DNA of 64,000 nt from Macrostomum hystrix. Lineage: Eukaryota > Animalia > Platyhelminthes. Location of the stretch: NCBI GenBank assembly GCA_950097015.1, contig CATNEN010000001.1:10540001-10604000 (forward strand), read 5' to 3'. Every line of letters starts with the position of its first letter. The first letter of the stretch is position 1. Positions 28,345 through 39,700 of this stretch are shown in pieces. The position numbers and the translations under genes were made by a program. The notes beneath the pieces were generated by a model. That model was not told the origin of the DNA. It ran no database searches and worked only from the letters and a program-made list of their open reading frames with translations.

Positions 28345-28662
28345 TGTAACGATTTCTTATGCAACATATTGAGTCCTCGCAGTAAGAGCCCGTTTATACG
28401 GCAGTGAGCCAATTCCGGCCGAGTCAAAATATATTTAAGTTTAACAGAGCGATAAGGAAGGGGGGTTGGCTAGAAGGGTAACATGTGCGCGGACTGGCCA
28501 GAGTTAAGAGATGAAACGCAGGGGAAGGAAAGAGAGACGAGGTGAGAGCCAATCAGAGCCGAGAGAGAAGATAAGGCTAATAAATTGAACAGGCAGGGGG
28601 GAGAGAGGAGAGAGTACATTAAGAGGGCGCGCGAAATGAGAAACCAGGGAGAAGTTAATACA
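28345..28662. mobile_element. Solo LTR (318 bp)
   Basis: TGTA...TACA termini, exact 5-bp TSD ACAGG (28340-28344, 28663-28667), internal CCAAT and TATA-like motifs; GC-richer than the flanks. Confidence 0.75.
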
Positions 28663-29670
28663 ACAGGTGTTTATTTCGTTTATTTAAATCTCTAGCTGTA
28701 GCTTCATGCCAATGTCTGATTTCTTAACATACTTAATAATGAACTCCACTCCACTTTGCCATTTATCCAGTGCCAGAAACCGATTTTTAGTTATAAAAAA
28801 TGCTTGTCACCCACTTTTCAGTGTCAAGAAAAGTTTTTTGTCGTTATTTGCCGTTATTACACAGTAATATGTGCGCATTGTATTGTACCGATCAGCATCC
28901 ATATGAATTGATTTCCATATATTTGTGTCTAATTTTTCGTGGATCAAATTCGTAGCGCTGTGCTATAATTATTTTAATAATAAACTAACTAAAAAAAGAA
29001 ATAATAGCGTTATCTATATATAAAGATTTGATTCTGCTATAATACTAGAGTATTTGTATTGAATTGACCTCGTTGTAACATACATACATCATACTGCTAG
29101 TGAGAAAACTTGTTTGATAAAATATATATATTATTAACATATAAAACGGGTACAGAAATCTTGAACCTAATTTGATTTGCTGATGAGCCTAGTCTAAAAA
29201 TAGACAGCATGTACATGTAGTGCGCGGAGTGAGGTGGGCCAGATGTACATTTAACAACCGAAACTCAGGCACCGTTATATTATTAGTTTATTATATACAA
29301 GCATAGATAAAAACCATTAAATAAACAGAGTAAGAAATTTACAACTTTTTCCGAGCTCAAACTAAATGTAATGTAATGAACTTCAGGTAAAAACAATTGT
29401 CAGGAGAGATTTTGTAAAACCAAAGACTTTTCCATTTGGAATGACACAATCAACGATTTTAATGCGAGCTCGTACATGTTAGATTGGCTTGCGATCACAG
29501 AATAAGTATGGACTTGTTTTTAGCTACTGAAATGATTAATATTGTCAAGGATTATATATTAAAATAATGGATAATGAATATTAAATAAAAAAGCAACTAA
29601 TTAAATAAAAAAATTTAAAGACAGATAAAAAGCATCTCTATACATGTAATACGCGAAATTCACTGATTCA

Positions 29671-30117
29671 GCATGTAACATGAGTCACAGTCACTATGCT
29701 ATGACTCATCTGACTGAGTGACAGTGTGGCATGAGTCACAGTCACTATGCAATGACTCATCTGACTGAGTGACAGTGTGGCATGAGTCACAGTCACTATG
29801 CTATGACTCATCTGACTGAGTGACAGTGTGGCATGAGTCACAGTCACTATGCAATGACTCATCTGACTGAGTGACAGTGTGGCATGAGTCACAGTCACTA
29901 TGCTATGACTCATCTGACTGAGTGACAGTGTGGCATGTGTCACAGTCACTATGCTATGACTCATCTGACTGAGGGCCAGTGTGGCATGTGTCACAGTCAC
30001 TATGCTATGACTCATCTGACTGAGGGACAGTGTGGCATGAGTCACAGTCACTATGCTATGACTCATCTGACTGAGTGACAGTGTGGCATGTGTCACAGTC
30101 ACTATGCTATGACTCAT
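29671..30117. repeat. 51-bp self-complementary minisatellite abutting the stop codon of the PHIP-like paralog
   Basis: Nearly 9 copies of GCATGAGTCACAGTCACTATGCTATGACTCATCTGACTGAGTGACAGTGTG. Confidence 0.95.
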
Positions 30118-31928
30118 TAGCGCAGAGCACCAGGCACCATTGCAAGCAGGCACTCTCTACCCGGAGCCATCAGCAAGCGGTACAAGGCAGTCCTGGGATT
30201 CGGCAGTCGCCCATCTTTGACATAAATGCGGCAGCAGGCGGCGACAGTGTCGCATAAAAGACTGGCCCGCTGTACATTCAGAGCGGCCTCTATTGTCTCC
30301 TGGCTGTCTCCGAGGCGATAGGCCAGACGCAACCGGCAACGATAATTGGTTAGCAGCACGGCCATGTCGCATAGGACAGATAATAGATGCCGGTATTGGC
30401 CTAAACGCAATCGTTTTACAATTGAGGAAAAGCTGATAGGAAAGAATTGTGGGGCGCAGCGGCTTAGTCGACCAGTTAGAGGACGCCGGCGACGTGTTCG
30501 ACAATCGGAAAGAAATGCTACAGGAAATAGGTAACGCCACCGATTTCTGCCGAATTCCTCTAAGCAGTTCAGCGTGTTTCTCAACGATTCCGATTGGTTA
30601 TTGCTCCCCTGCGTAGATTTTCTTATGGTACTACTGCAAGTACTAGTTGGCTGATCAGCAAATGCGGAACTGCAGATTTTTGTTAGCTGCAATGCGTTTC
30701 AGTATTGAACTGTCTTTAATGATGTGTATTGGGAACCCATGGGATGGGTGAGAATGATTTCAGATGGATGAGATAGGATTTGCGATGGGTGAGATAGGAT
30801 TTGAGATGGGTGAGATAGGATTTGAGATGGGTGAGATAGGATTTGCGATGGGTGAGATAGGATTTGCGATGGGTGAGATAGGATTTGAGATGGGTGAGAT
30901 AAGATTTGAGATGGGTGAGATAGGATTTGAGATGGGTGAGATAGGATTTGAGATGGGTGAGATAGGATTTGAGATGTGTGAGATAGGATTTGAGATGGGT
31001 GAGATAGGATTTGAGATGTGTGAGAATTATTTGAGACGGGTTAGAATGATTTGAGATGGATGAGATAGGATTTGAGATGGGTGAGAATGATTTGAGACGA
31101 GTGAGAATAGTTTGAGACGAGTGAGAATAGTTTGAGACGAGTGAGAATAGTTTGAGACGAGTGAGAAAGCACATAGCTACATAATTTAAAATCAGCACTC
31201 ACAGGGCGCATGTGCCATGGGCTGACGAAGTTGTCGCATCCGTTATTGCTGGATTCAGAATCCCAGCTGACCCTGATGCAGCGCCAACCGCTAACTAATC
31301 TGGACTTTACAAAGCCCTTCACTGTGCCGCGACACGGCGTCCTTCTAGCGTTGTCATGGCAACAATGAGAATTTTCGCATAGAAGCCGATCGCCAACATT
31401 CCAGCAGTGCCGCTGCATAGCCTTATTATAGTCGCTTAGCGGAACAAGAAACTCGGGAGCTAGCCTGGGGCTCAACACAGGCCAGGCAATCTCAAAGGCC
31501 CTGGTCGACTCTCCGCCGCAACCAGTCAGCAGCGGCTGCAGACGAAGCCTCAGCAACCAAGCCGATCCTCGACGCCGTTTATTCCTGCTGTAACAATAGC
31601 GAATGCCGACAACTCGAACTGGCTGACGGGCCGGTGGTTGGCTGACGTCAGCCAGGCCATTGTCAGCAAGCCACGAGGCGTGAGCATCGCGCAGGTAGAC
31701 TGCCAGATCGCCAACCTGCGGAGCGAAGCAGGTCTTCGCCGGTTTGAATCGCTTCGCCGGACGCGCGCTGTGTTCATCGGCAGACGTCGGAGCGTGTCTT
31801 TTAAGAAGTACAACAGGCTCCGAATGAAATATCTGATCCCATTCTTTGGGATTATTGGACAGTCCGACAACGGACAGGCCGGCAAAGCTAGGCGACAAGC
31901 GACGAAGGCGAATCTGCAGTTGCGGCAT
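30117..31928 (-). CDS. Diverged partial BRWD/PHIP paralog: cryptic Tudor/ancillary domain (exon 31928-31203) + degenerate bromodomain (exon 30686-30117), about 431 aa
   Basis: Exon A FAPQVGDLAVYLRDAHASWL...PEFLVPLSDYNKAMQRHCWNVGDR...WRCIRVSWDS...VSPWHMRP aligns with the neighbour's YVPQIGDEIVYFRQGHQLY...LDFMVLRQTYDRALQRNWKVGDR...WLSVRAKWDS...LSLWDLHP. Exon B FPISFSSIVKRLRLGQYRHLLSVLCDMAVLLTN...QRASLLCD aligns with BD1 YPIDLSTIRSRLRNMYYRRLLSVQYDVRFLANN...RRARLLTD. Phase-0 intron with GTGAGT donor (31202) and TTGCAG acceptor (30687); no stops. Confidence 0.8.
30742..31166. repeat. 21-bp satellite GAGATGGGTGAGATAGGATTT, then 20-bp GAGACGAGTGAGAATAGTTT (intron of the PHIP-like paralog)
   Basis: Tandem copies between the predicted donor and acceptor. 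Confidence 0.93.
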
Positions 31929-32139
31929 CGACTCGATTGGCTGAAGAATAACAAGTCACGGTTGGGATTTTAAAGTACTTTTTCTAAGACAATCAATAAT
32001 CTGGCATGACTTCTAAAGTCAAGATTTATGATCAAAGATGTTAAGAAATAGATCGAATGAAGAAATTTGATAAGGTTTGGATTAAAACAATGTCACTACA
32101 ATTTAGCATTTAGGAATTTGACGATAGGGGCTTTCAAAC

Positions 32140-32630
32140 TAGAAATGAGATAGAGATTTGGGATTTAGAAATGGGATTGGGATTTGGGTATAGAAATAGG
32201 ATTGGGATTTACGATTTAGAAATGAGATTGAAATTGGGGATTTAGAAACGAAATTGGGATGTGGGATTTAGAAATGGGATTGGAATTTGGGATTTAGAAA
32301 CGGGATTGGGATTTGGGATTTAGAGATGAGATTGGGATTTGGGATTTAGAAATGGGATTGGGATTTGGGATTTAGAAATGAGATTGGGATTTGGGATTTA
32401 GAAATGGGATTGGAATTCGGGATTTAGAAACGGGATTGGGATTTGGGATTTAGAAATGGGATTGGGATTTGGGATTTAGAAATGAGATTGGGATTTGGGA
32501 TTTAGAAATGGGATTGGAATTTGGGATTTAGAAATGGGATTGGGATTTGGGATTTAGAAATGAGATTTGGATTTGGGATTTAAAAATGGGATTGGAATTT
32601 GGGATTTAGAAATGGGATTGGGATTGGGAT
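32140..32630. repeat. About 26-bp satellite GGGATTTAGAAATGGGATTGGGATTT
   Basis: Tandem copies. Confidence 0.93.
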
Positions 32631-33199
32631 ACTCAGTTTTCTATTAATTTTAATAAGAAAAATTAAATAATTTAACACAAACTGACAGCTGTTGAACAAT
32701 ATAACTTTATGTACATTTCCTGGTGGTAATCACTACACCGACATACACAAAAAATCAAAGGTGTTTTATTGAAAGTTTTAAACACAGAAAATTGGCACGT
32801 AACCAACATTAGCATATTCGGGAAATTAAAAATAAGATGCGAATATAAATTTAAGAAAAGTTTGTTTGCAGCAAATTTACGCCCTGTAAAGTCTTTAGTT
32901 ATTGATGTAAATATATCTGCACACTATTTAATCAAACATAGATTTCCAATAAGTTAACCAAAGTACAGAATGTACTTTAATGAAAGGAATTTCAAACGGC
33001 AGGAGAGAATGAAAATGAATTGTTAGAATTTACACAGACAAGCATTTATTTTGTATGCTTATAAAAAAGTTACTAAAAATGCAAAAAATATAACAGAAAA
33101 TATTTATACATGCTTCTTAAAACTAGATACTACTTTGCCTTCAGTAGTATAACAAGAAAATATATAGTGCTATAATACAAGAAACACTAAGTACTATAA

Positions 33200-33597
33200 G
33201 GGTGTTGAAGCATTGTGATTTGAGTGTCTGATTCAATACTTGAAGGTCGGGGGTTCGATTCCCGGCTTCACTGGAACAATTTTGGTCCTTTGGCCACATT
33301 TATTTAGGGCGCAGCCGCGGAGAGAAGGCTTGGTGGCTTGTCGTGCAATTAATACCCCTAAGGGCGAACCTCCTAGGCACATTGAAAGTGTACGCTGCCA
33401 GACGATGAGAAGTCAGGGCAGATGTGCACACCCGAGTGAGCGTGTGCTCCGGAGTCAGCGAAATGGGCAGAATTGCCTCCTCGCTGGCTGCGGGTCTAGT
33501 GTCACCAGATGATGTGCCATTGCCCGCAGCCCTCCTATTATTATTATTATTATTATTTATCCAACTATAAAAATAAGGTACCAGCATCAGCTGGTAT
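33200..33597 (+). mobile_element. tRNA-derived SINE family B, interrupted by the family A copy; related fragments at approx 47010-47085 (+) and 55010-55075 (-)
   Basis: ACTTGAAGGTC..GGTTCGATTCC head and AAAT..GGT.CCAGCATCAGC tail recur at 33240/33575 and 47020/47062; B box and CAGCATCAGCTG recur in reverse complement near 55020-55068. Confidence 0.55.
33291..33558 (+). mobile_element. SINE family A, 5'-truncated copy with (ATT)n tail
   Basis: TGGCCACATTTATTTAGGGCGCAGCC...CCCGCAGCCCTCCTATTATTATT, homologous to the 53864 copy. Confidence 0.85.
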
Positions 33598-33717
33598 AGT
33601 GATTTTCGGTGGCCAATAACTGTACAAGCTGTGCAAAGTCGTGTGATAATTTTTTATCTAACCGGATTTTTCGCGCGAGTTTAAATTCTAGAAAATTGGG
33701 GACAAAGGTAGTTGAAG

Positions 33718-36700
33718 TCATCTTCTACGCACAACTGCCCCAGGTCGACCATTGGAGTCGATGGAGTCGCTACCGGCGTCGCTGCCTTCAACAACATCAG
33801 CGGCGCGGTGATGCCGGCCGCGGTTAACCGGACGCCGGTCGCCGCTGTCCTCGTCATCGTCGGTGTCCTCGAGCATAGCGCGATAATCCGGACGCTGACG
33901 CCGCAGAGCGGATCGTCGGACACCCACAGCGGGTTCGACTTTCACAATCGACTTCGAGCGCCGAGGCCGTTTAGCTTCGCCGGCGCCAGACTCCGTTGTC
34001 GATTTAGATTCGTTCAGGTTTTCCTCCTCGTCAGAGGATTCCACCACCATAGCCGGTCGGCGCCGCTTCGGCCTAGTCGACGACGCGGACGGCTCTGCGG
34101 CTGCCGACAGTCGGTCTGGACCGTGTCGACGCTGATGACGTCGCTGCTGACGCTGAACCTGGCGTCGAGTACGCGGATGCCGACCGCCGCTGCTGAGCTG
34201 CTGATGCTGCGAGTCTGACGCGCTCAGATTTGAACGGTCATTGTCGCGACGCTGATGATTTTCGTCGGTGCTCTCCGAGTAGGTCGCCTCGCTGTCTTCG
34301 CTGCCTTCGGTCTGGTCATCCGTGTCATCGGATTCGCAGTAGTTTACCTACAGTGCGGCGACAATGGAATGGAAACTGGATTTAGGGAATTAGGAAATGG
34401 GAAGTAATAAATCTGGAATGGGATCAGGAGGGGATCATATTAGGAATAGGATTAGGAAGGAAAGCTAAGGAATTTAGAAACCGGATCTGAAAAACTAGAA
34501 ATAAGGATCTAAGGAATTTAGAAAAGGAAGTATATTCAAATGATCCAAGTCTCGAAAATGACATGTAACTTTTGAAATAGAATCTAAGGCTCGAAAACGG
34601 GATCTAGGGTTCTGAAATGGGATCAAAGATTCTTAAATGGGATCTAAGGTTCTGAAATGGGATGCAAGGTTCTAAAATGGGATCTAAGGTTCTAAAATGG
34701 GATCTAAGGATTCGAAAATGGGATCTAAGGTTCGGAAATGGTGAGTGTACCTGAGCGCTTCGCTTTCGAAGTCCACCGCTGCCATTTGCCAACGCCGACG
34801 ACGAAGAAGCCGCGGCGGCGGCAGACCGGCCTCGATTCGGTGCAGCAGATGCCGTCCTGCGCTGCTGCTGCTGCGGCCGTTTAGTCGGCGTTGCCACAGA
34901 AACAACAGCGTCAATGGACTGGCCCTGCTGTTGCTTCCGCCGCTTAGAAATGACACATCGGTCTTGTTGGGTCTTTTTAGTCACCGAGGAAGACGAACAA
35001 GCAGCAGCTGCGCCAGTGGCTGCGGGAGCAACCAAACTGACATCCTGACCCTTGGCTCTCATTCGACGCCACCGTTTCAGCGCGCCGTTCATTAGCCGCT
35101 CGAATTCGCGCTGCAAAGTCAGCGTCATCTGGTAGATCCTGGAGGTCGGCACAGTGTTGTAGGCTCTGGAATTGCTAAACATTCGCTGGAGATCGCGAAA
35201 AAATTCCAACGGACTGGCGTAGCAACCGTTGCTAAGGCGTTGCCTTGCGGTGCTAAGATCGATGGGATCCGAAACAACGTCTAGATAGTCAGGATAAGCT
35301 TCCAGATCTACCGGATGCTGAAATGGCAAAGATTCATCCCGTTGGCTAAGCTTAGCCAGTACTCGATAGCACAGCCTAGTCCACAGCGGCTGCTGCTGCT
35401 GATGCTGCTGCGACGGGCCTGGAAGCGATGACGAAGCTGATGCTAAGCCTTCTTCCGCTGTCAACCGCTGCTGGTCGTTGCCAGCTTCAGACGAATGATC
35501 GACATTGGCCTAGGCGAAAAAATGTTTTTTGAAATATACTAATAAGTATTTTCCGCAAAAAAGGTCTACTAATAGTAGTAAAATTTAAAATAGGGGGTCT
35601 GGTGGCAGAGCGGTCTAAAGCGTTTGCCTCTCGCACCAAGGTCCCTGAGCTCGATTCCGCGGCGAGACCACATAGAAGGCTTGGTGGCTTGTCGTGCAAT
35701 TCACGCCATTGAGGGCCAAACTCCAAGGCAGTGAGAGTGTACACTGCCTGACGATGAGAAAGTCAGGGCAGATGTACACGCCTTCGTGAGCGTGTGCTCA
35801 TGAGTCAGCTAATTGGGCAGAATTGCCTCCTCGCTGGCTGCGGGTCTAGTGTCAGCAAATGATGTGACATTGCCCGCAGCCCTCCTGAAATCATTATTAC
35901 TATTAATATTAATATTTAAAATACTTACATTTTCTTCTTCGCTGTCACTTATTTTTCTTTTCTTTGCGGTAGTCTTTGTATCGAAATCTTTGTCATCTTC
36001 GGAGCTGGCCTCCGAAGACTCCGAGTCACTGTCGTCGGCTTCATCACCAATGTCGGCCTCTTTATCATTATCGTCGTCAAGTTGTTCGTCATTGTTCAAA
36101 GCGTCGTCGTCATCTTCGAATTCGCTGAGATGCAGGCCGTCCCTGTTCTCGTCGGTTAATTCGTCCAGCATCTCGCGATACAGCCGGCCAACATCCGTGC
36201 ACTCTGTGCGCCTGATAAACTCCAACAGCAGGTCGGTGAGCAGCCTGGCCCGCCTAACAATCACAGTCTCGGCTTCGTTGAAATACTCGGCATTGTTGGC
36301 AAGGAATCTGACGTCGTATTGCACCGATAGCAGCCGGCGATAATACATGTTCCTGAGTCGGCTTCTAATTGTGCTCAAATCAATGGGATAGGCGATCATG
36401 AAGCCGTAGGATGGATACAGGTCCAGATCCACCGGCTTGGCGAATTCGCTGAAAACGGGCAGGTCGATCAGGTAGTCCAGGGCGGTGGCGATTCGATTGC
36501 ACTCGGCAGGCCGACCGCCTGGCTGGGGCCATTCGCGCTCGCAAGGACTGTACTGCAGATTGGCGAACTCGCTGGCTGTCACTGGGCGATTCTCGTTGGC
36601 CAATTCGGAGCTTTGGAGATGGGAAAGTATGACTTTGAAGGATAATTTATGCGGGGATGCAAATTAACGAGGGGATGTTATATGATATTGGATGTATATA

Positions 36701-39700
36701 AATAAATTACCAGGGGAAATTTAATAATAATATTAAAATGAGGGCAATACCAGTAAGAGTTATTCAAGCCTAGAGGGTCGACAAAGAAGGGAGGTTTGGC
36801 GGAGAATAGAGGAGGCGAGAGAAGAGGAGGGAGACAGGAAAAAGGGAAGAGAGGGAAGAGGAAGAAGAGGAGATTAGAGAAAACGAGATGAGACGAGACG
36901 AGAGGAGATGAGACGAGTTGAGAGATAAGCAGATAAGAGATGAGAAGCAGATAAGAGATGAGAAGCAGATAAGAGATGAGATGAGAGAAGAGGAGATGAG
37001 ATGAGTTGAGAGATAAGCAGATAAGAGATGAGATGAGAGGAGAGGAGAGAAGAGGAGAGAAGAGGAGAGAAGAGGAGGGAGTAGAGGAGGGAGGAGATGA
37101 GATGAAATGAGATGAGAGGAGAGATTGAACAACTGAGAAGGGAACTGAGATGAGAAGAGAAGGGGCAGAAACAGAAGCAGGCATGCCTTCAGTAATTGAC
37201 TACAATGTGATGAAAGTGAAGGTAACAATGATCATAGGCAGGCATACAACTCACCCATCGTCTCCAACAATGAGCGGATGCAGATCCCACAGGCTGAGGC
37301 ACTCCTCAGTGCCTTCGCTATCCCATTTGGCTCGCACGCTGAGCCAGTACGAGTCAGGGAAGGCTTCCTCGCAGGCCGCAATGCCCACGATGCAGCCGGA
37401 CCACCAGTAGTCGTCGATGATGGCTCTAAACCGATCGCCAACTTTCCAATTGCGCTGCAGAGCCCTATCGTAGGTCTGGCGCAGCACCATGAAATCCAGG
37501 ACATTGTCCATGTCGTGAAAGCGCAACTGAAATTTGCCCCTCGAACAGTCGGCAAAGGCCAGGGTCATCTGGACCAGGCGAGGCGAATGTTTTAGCAGCG
37601 GCTTCATGCCGGACACTTTCATCTGCTCGTGCGGCGACAGGTCGGGCATGCGCAGCCAGGGCGGATCGCGATCGACTTTGTAGGCGTTGGTGGCCTGCGG
37701 GAGACCAGGGGAGTGTTTTAAATACCCACTGCCTACTTCTAGATAGCTCACAAACCAAATGACCGATTTAAGTGAAACTCTACCCTGTGAATATGGATAT
37801 GGATAATATGGATAATAGGGTGTAGATAAGGTGGACTTACACTTATCTACCTACCTTATCTGCTTCTGTACCCTACCTTATCTGCTTCTGTACCCTACAT
37901 TATCTGCTTCTGTACCCTACCTTATCTGCTTTTGTACCCTACCTTATCTGCTTTTGTACCCTACCTTATCTACCTCGAAACCCTACCTTATCTACATCAA
38001 AACCCTACCTCGAAACCCTACCTTATCTGCTTCTGTACCCTACCTTATCTGCTTCTGTACCCTAGCTTATCTGCTTCTGTACCCTACCTTATCTACCTCG
38101 AAACAATACCGCATCTACCCCCGTACCCTACCTTATCTACTTCCGTACCCTACCTTATCTACATCCAAACCCTACATTATCTACCCCCGTACCCTACCTT
38201 ATCTACATCGAAACCCTACATTATCTACCCCCGTACCCTACCTTATCTACTTCCGTACCCTAACTTATCTAATCTCGATACCCAACCTTATCTACCATTC
38301 TAACCTACTTAAACTACCTTTCCAACCTACTACACTAATTTCTCATGTCTCTAGGTCCACGGCACCCGTCCTCACCTCAACGGTGTTGATATAAAGCTGA
38401 TGCCCCTGCCTGAAGTACACAATCTCGTCGCCAATCTGAGGCACGTAGGGACTGTGCCTAGGCAGGGTGGAAGTCAGCCATTCAGGCGGCCGATAATCTT
38501 CGGACAACTTCAACTTCTTCTTCTGCTGCCTGTTGCTAAGCGGAACGGCGTCATAGGATGCCGCTGTTCTCGCTGGCAAGCGTCTAGACGATGAGCGCCT
38601 AGGCAGCGATGCCGCTGGAGCCAAAGTCGGCTTCCTCTTCGTACTGGCCGATTTGTCCTTCGCTTTAGAAGAGGCCGACTGGCCGCGAGACCGACTTCTT
38701 GACTGCCGGGGCGCCGCTGGGGACTGCATGAGAGTTATTATAAAATAGAGGCTCAATTAAACAGAAAAGGTTTTGATAATTTTCGATCAGGGATCGCTGA
38801 AAGCTTCAGTTGGGGATTTGGGATCACTGAATGGAAATTGGAAAACTTCAGTTGATGATTTGTTATCACTGAATGGGATTTTTCAGTTGGGGATTTGGGA
38901 TGGCTGAATGGGAAGCTTTAGGTAGGGATTTGGGATTGCTGAATGGGAAGCTTCAGTTAGGGATTTGGGATTGCTGAATGGGAAGCTTCAGTTAGGGATT
39001 TGGGATCGCTGAATGGGAAGCTTCAGTTAGGGATTTGGGATCGCTGAATGGGAAGCATTAGTTAGGGATTTGGGATCGCTGAATGGGAAGCTTCAGTTAG
39101 GGATTTGGGATCGCTGAATGGGATTTTTCAGTTGGGGCTCTGGGATCGCTGAATTGGATTTTTCAGTTGGGGCTTTGGGATCGCTGAATGGGATTTTTCA
39201 GTTGGGGCTTTGGGGTCGCTGAATGGGAAGCTTCAGTTGGGGCTTTGGGATCGCTGAATGGGAAGGCTTCAGTTGAGGATTTGGGATCGCTGAATGGGAA
39301 GCTTTAGTTAGGGATTTAGGATCGCTGAATGGGAAGCTTCAGTTGGGCAAGAACAACAAGACCAGTGGCCCCACTCACCTCAGCGTCACCTTCCTCATCT
39401 TCGGAGGACTCGGAGTTGTCGCCGTCATCCGAACTATCAGACGTAGTCGAAGTAGCCGTTGTCTCAGATTCTTCATCGTCGTCATCGTCGGTACCAGAGC
39501 TGCCGGACGAATCGCTGCCATCGCCGCGGTGATTCATCGATGCGCCGGACGGCCCAGCGCCGGAGGTTGAAGCCGATGTTGCAGCAGCGAAGGCTGCAGC
39601 CGCAGCGGACCGCCTGACTTTGCGACGTTGAACTCGCTTCGGCATCGCCATTCTGCCCGCACCCTGATTGGGAAGAATTTTCAATTTTGTTGCCTCTGGT

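Noticed and set aside
33465-33536. HDV-like ribozyme in SINE A (GCCTCCTCGCTGGC resembles HDV P3/L3)
   Set aside because: The P1 partner lies downstream rather than upstream and the GG needed for P1.1 is missing; simple hairpins explain the sequence. A cleavage assay would settle it.
35745-35770. Hammerhead core (CTGACGA...GAAA) in SINE A
   Set aside because: Only 3 nt separate the motifs, so stem II cannot form.
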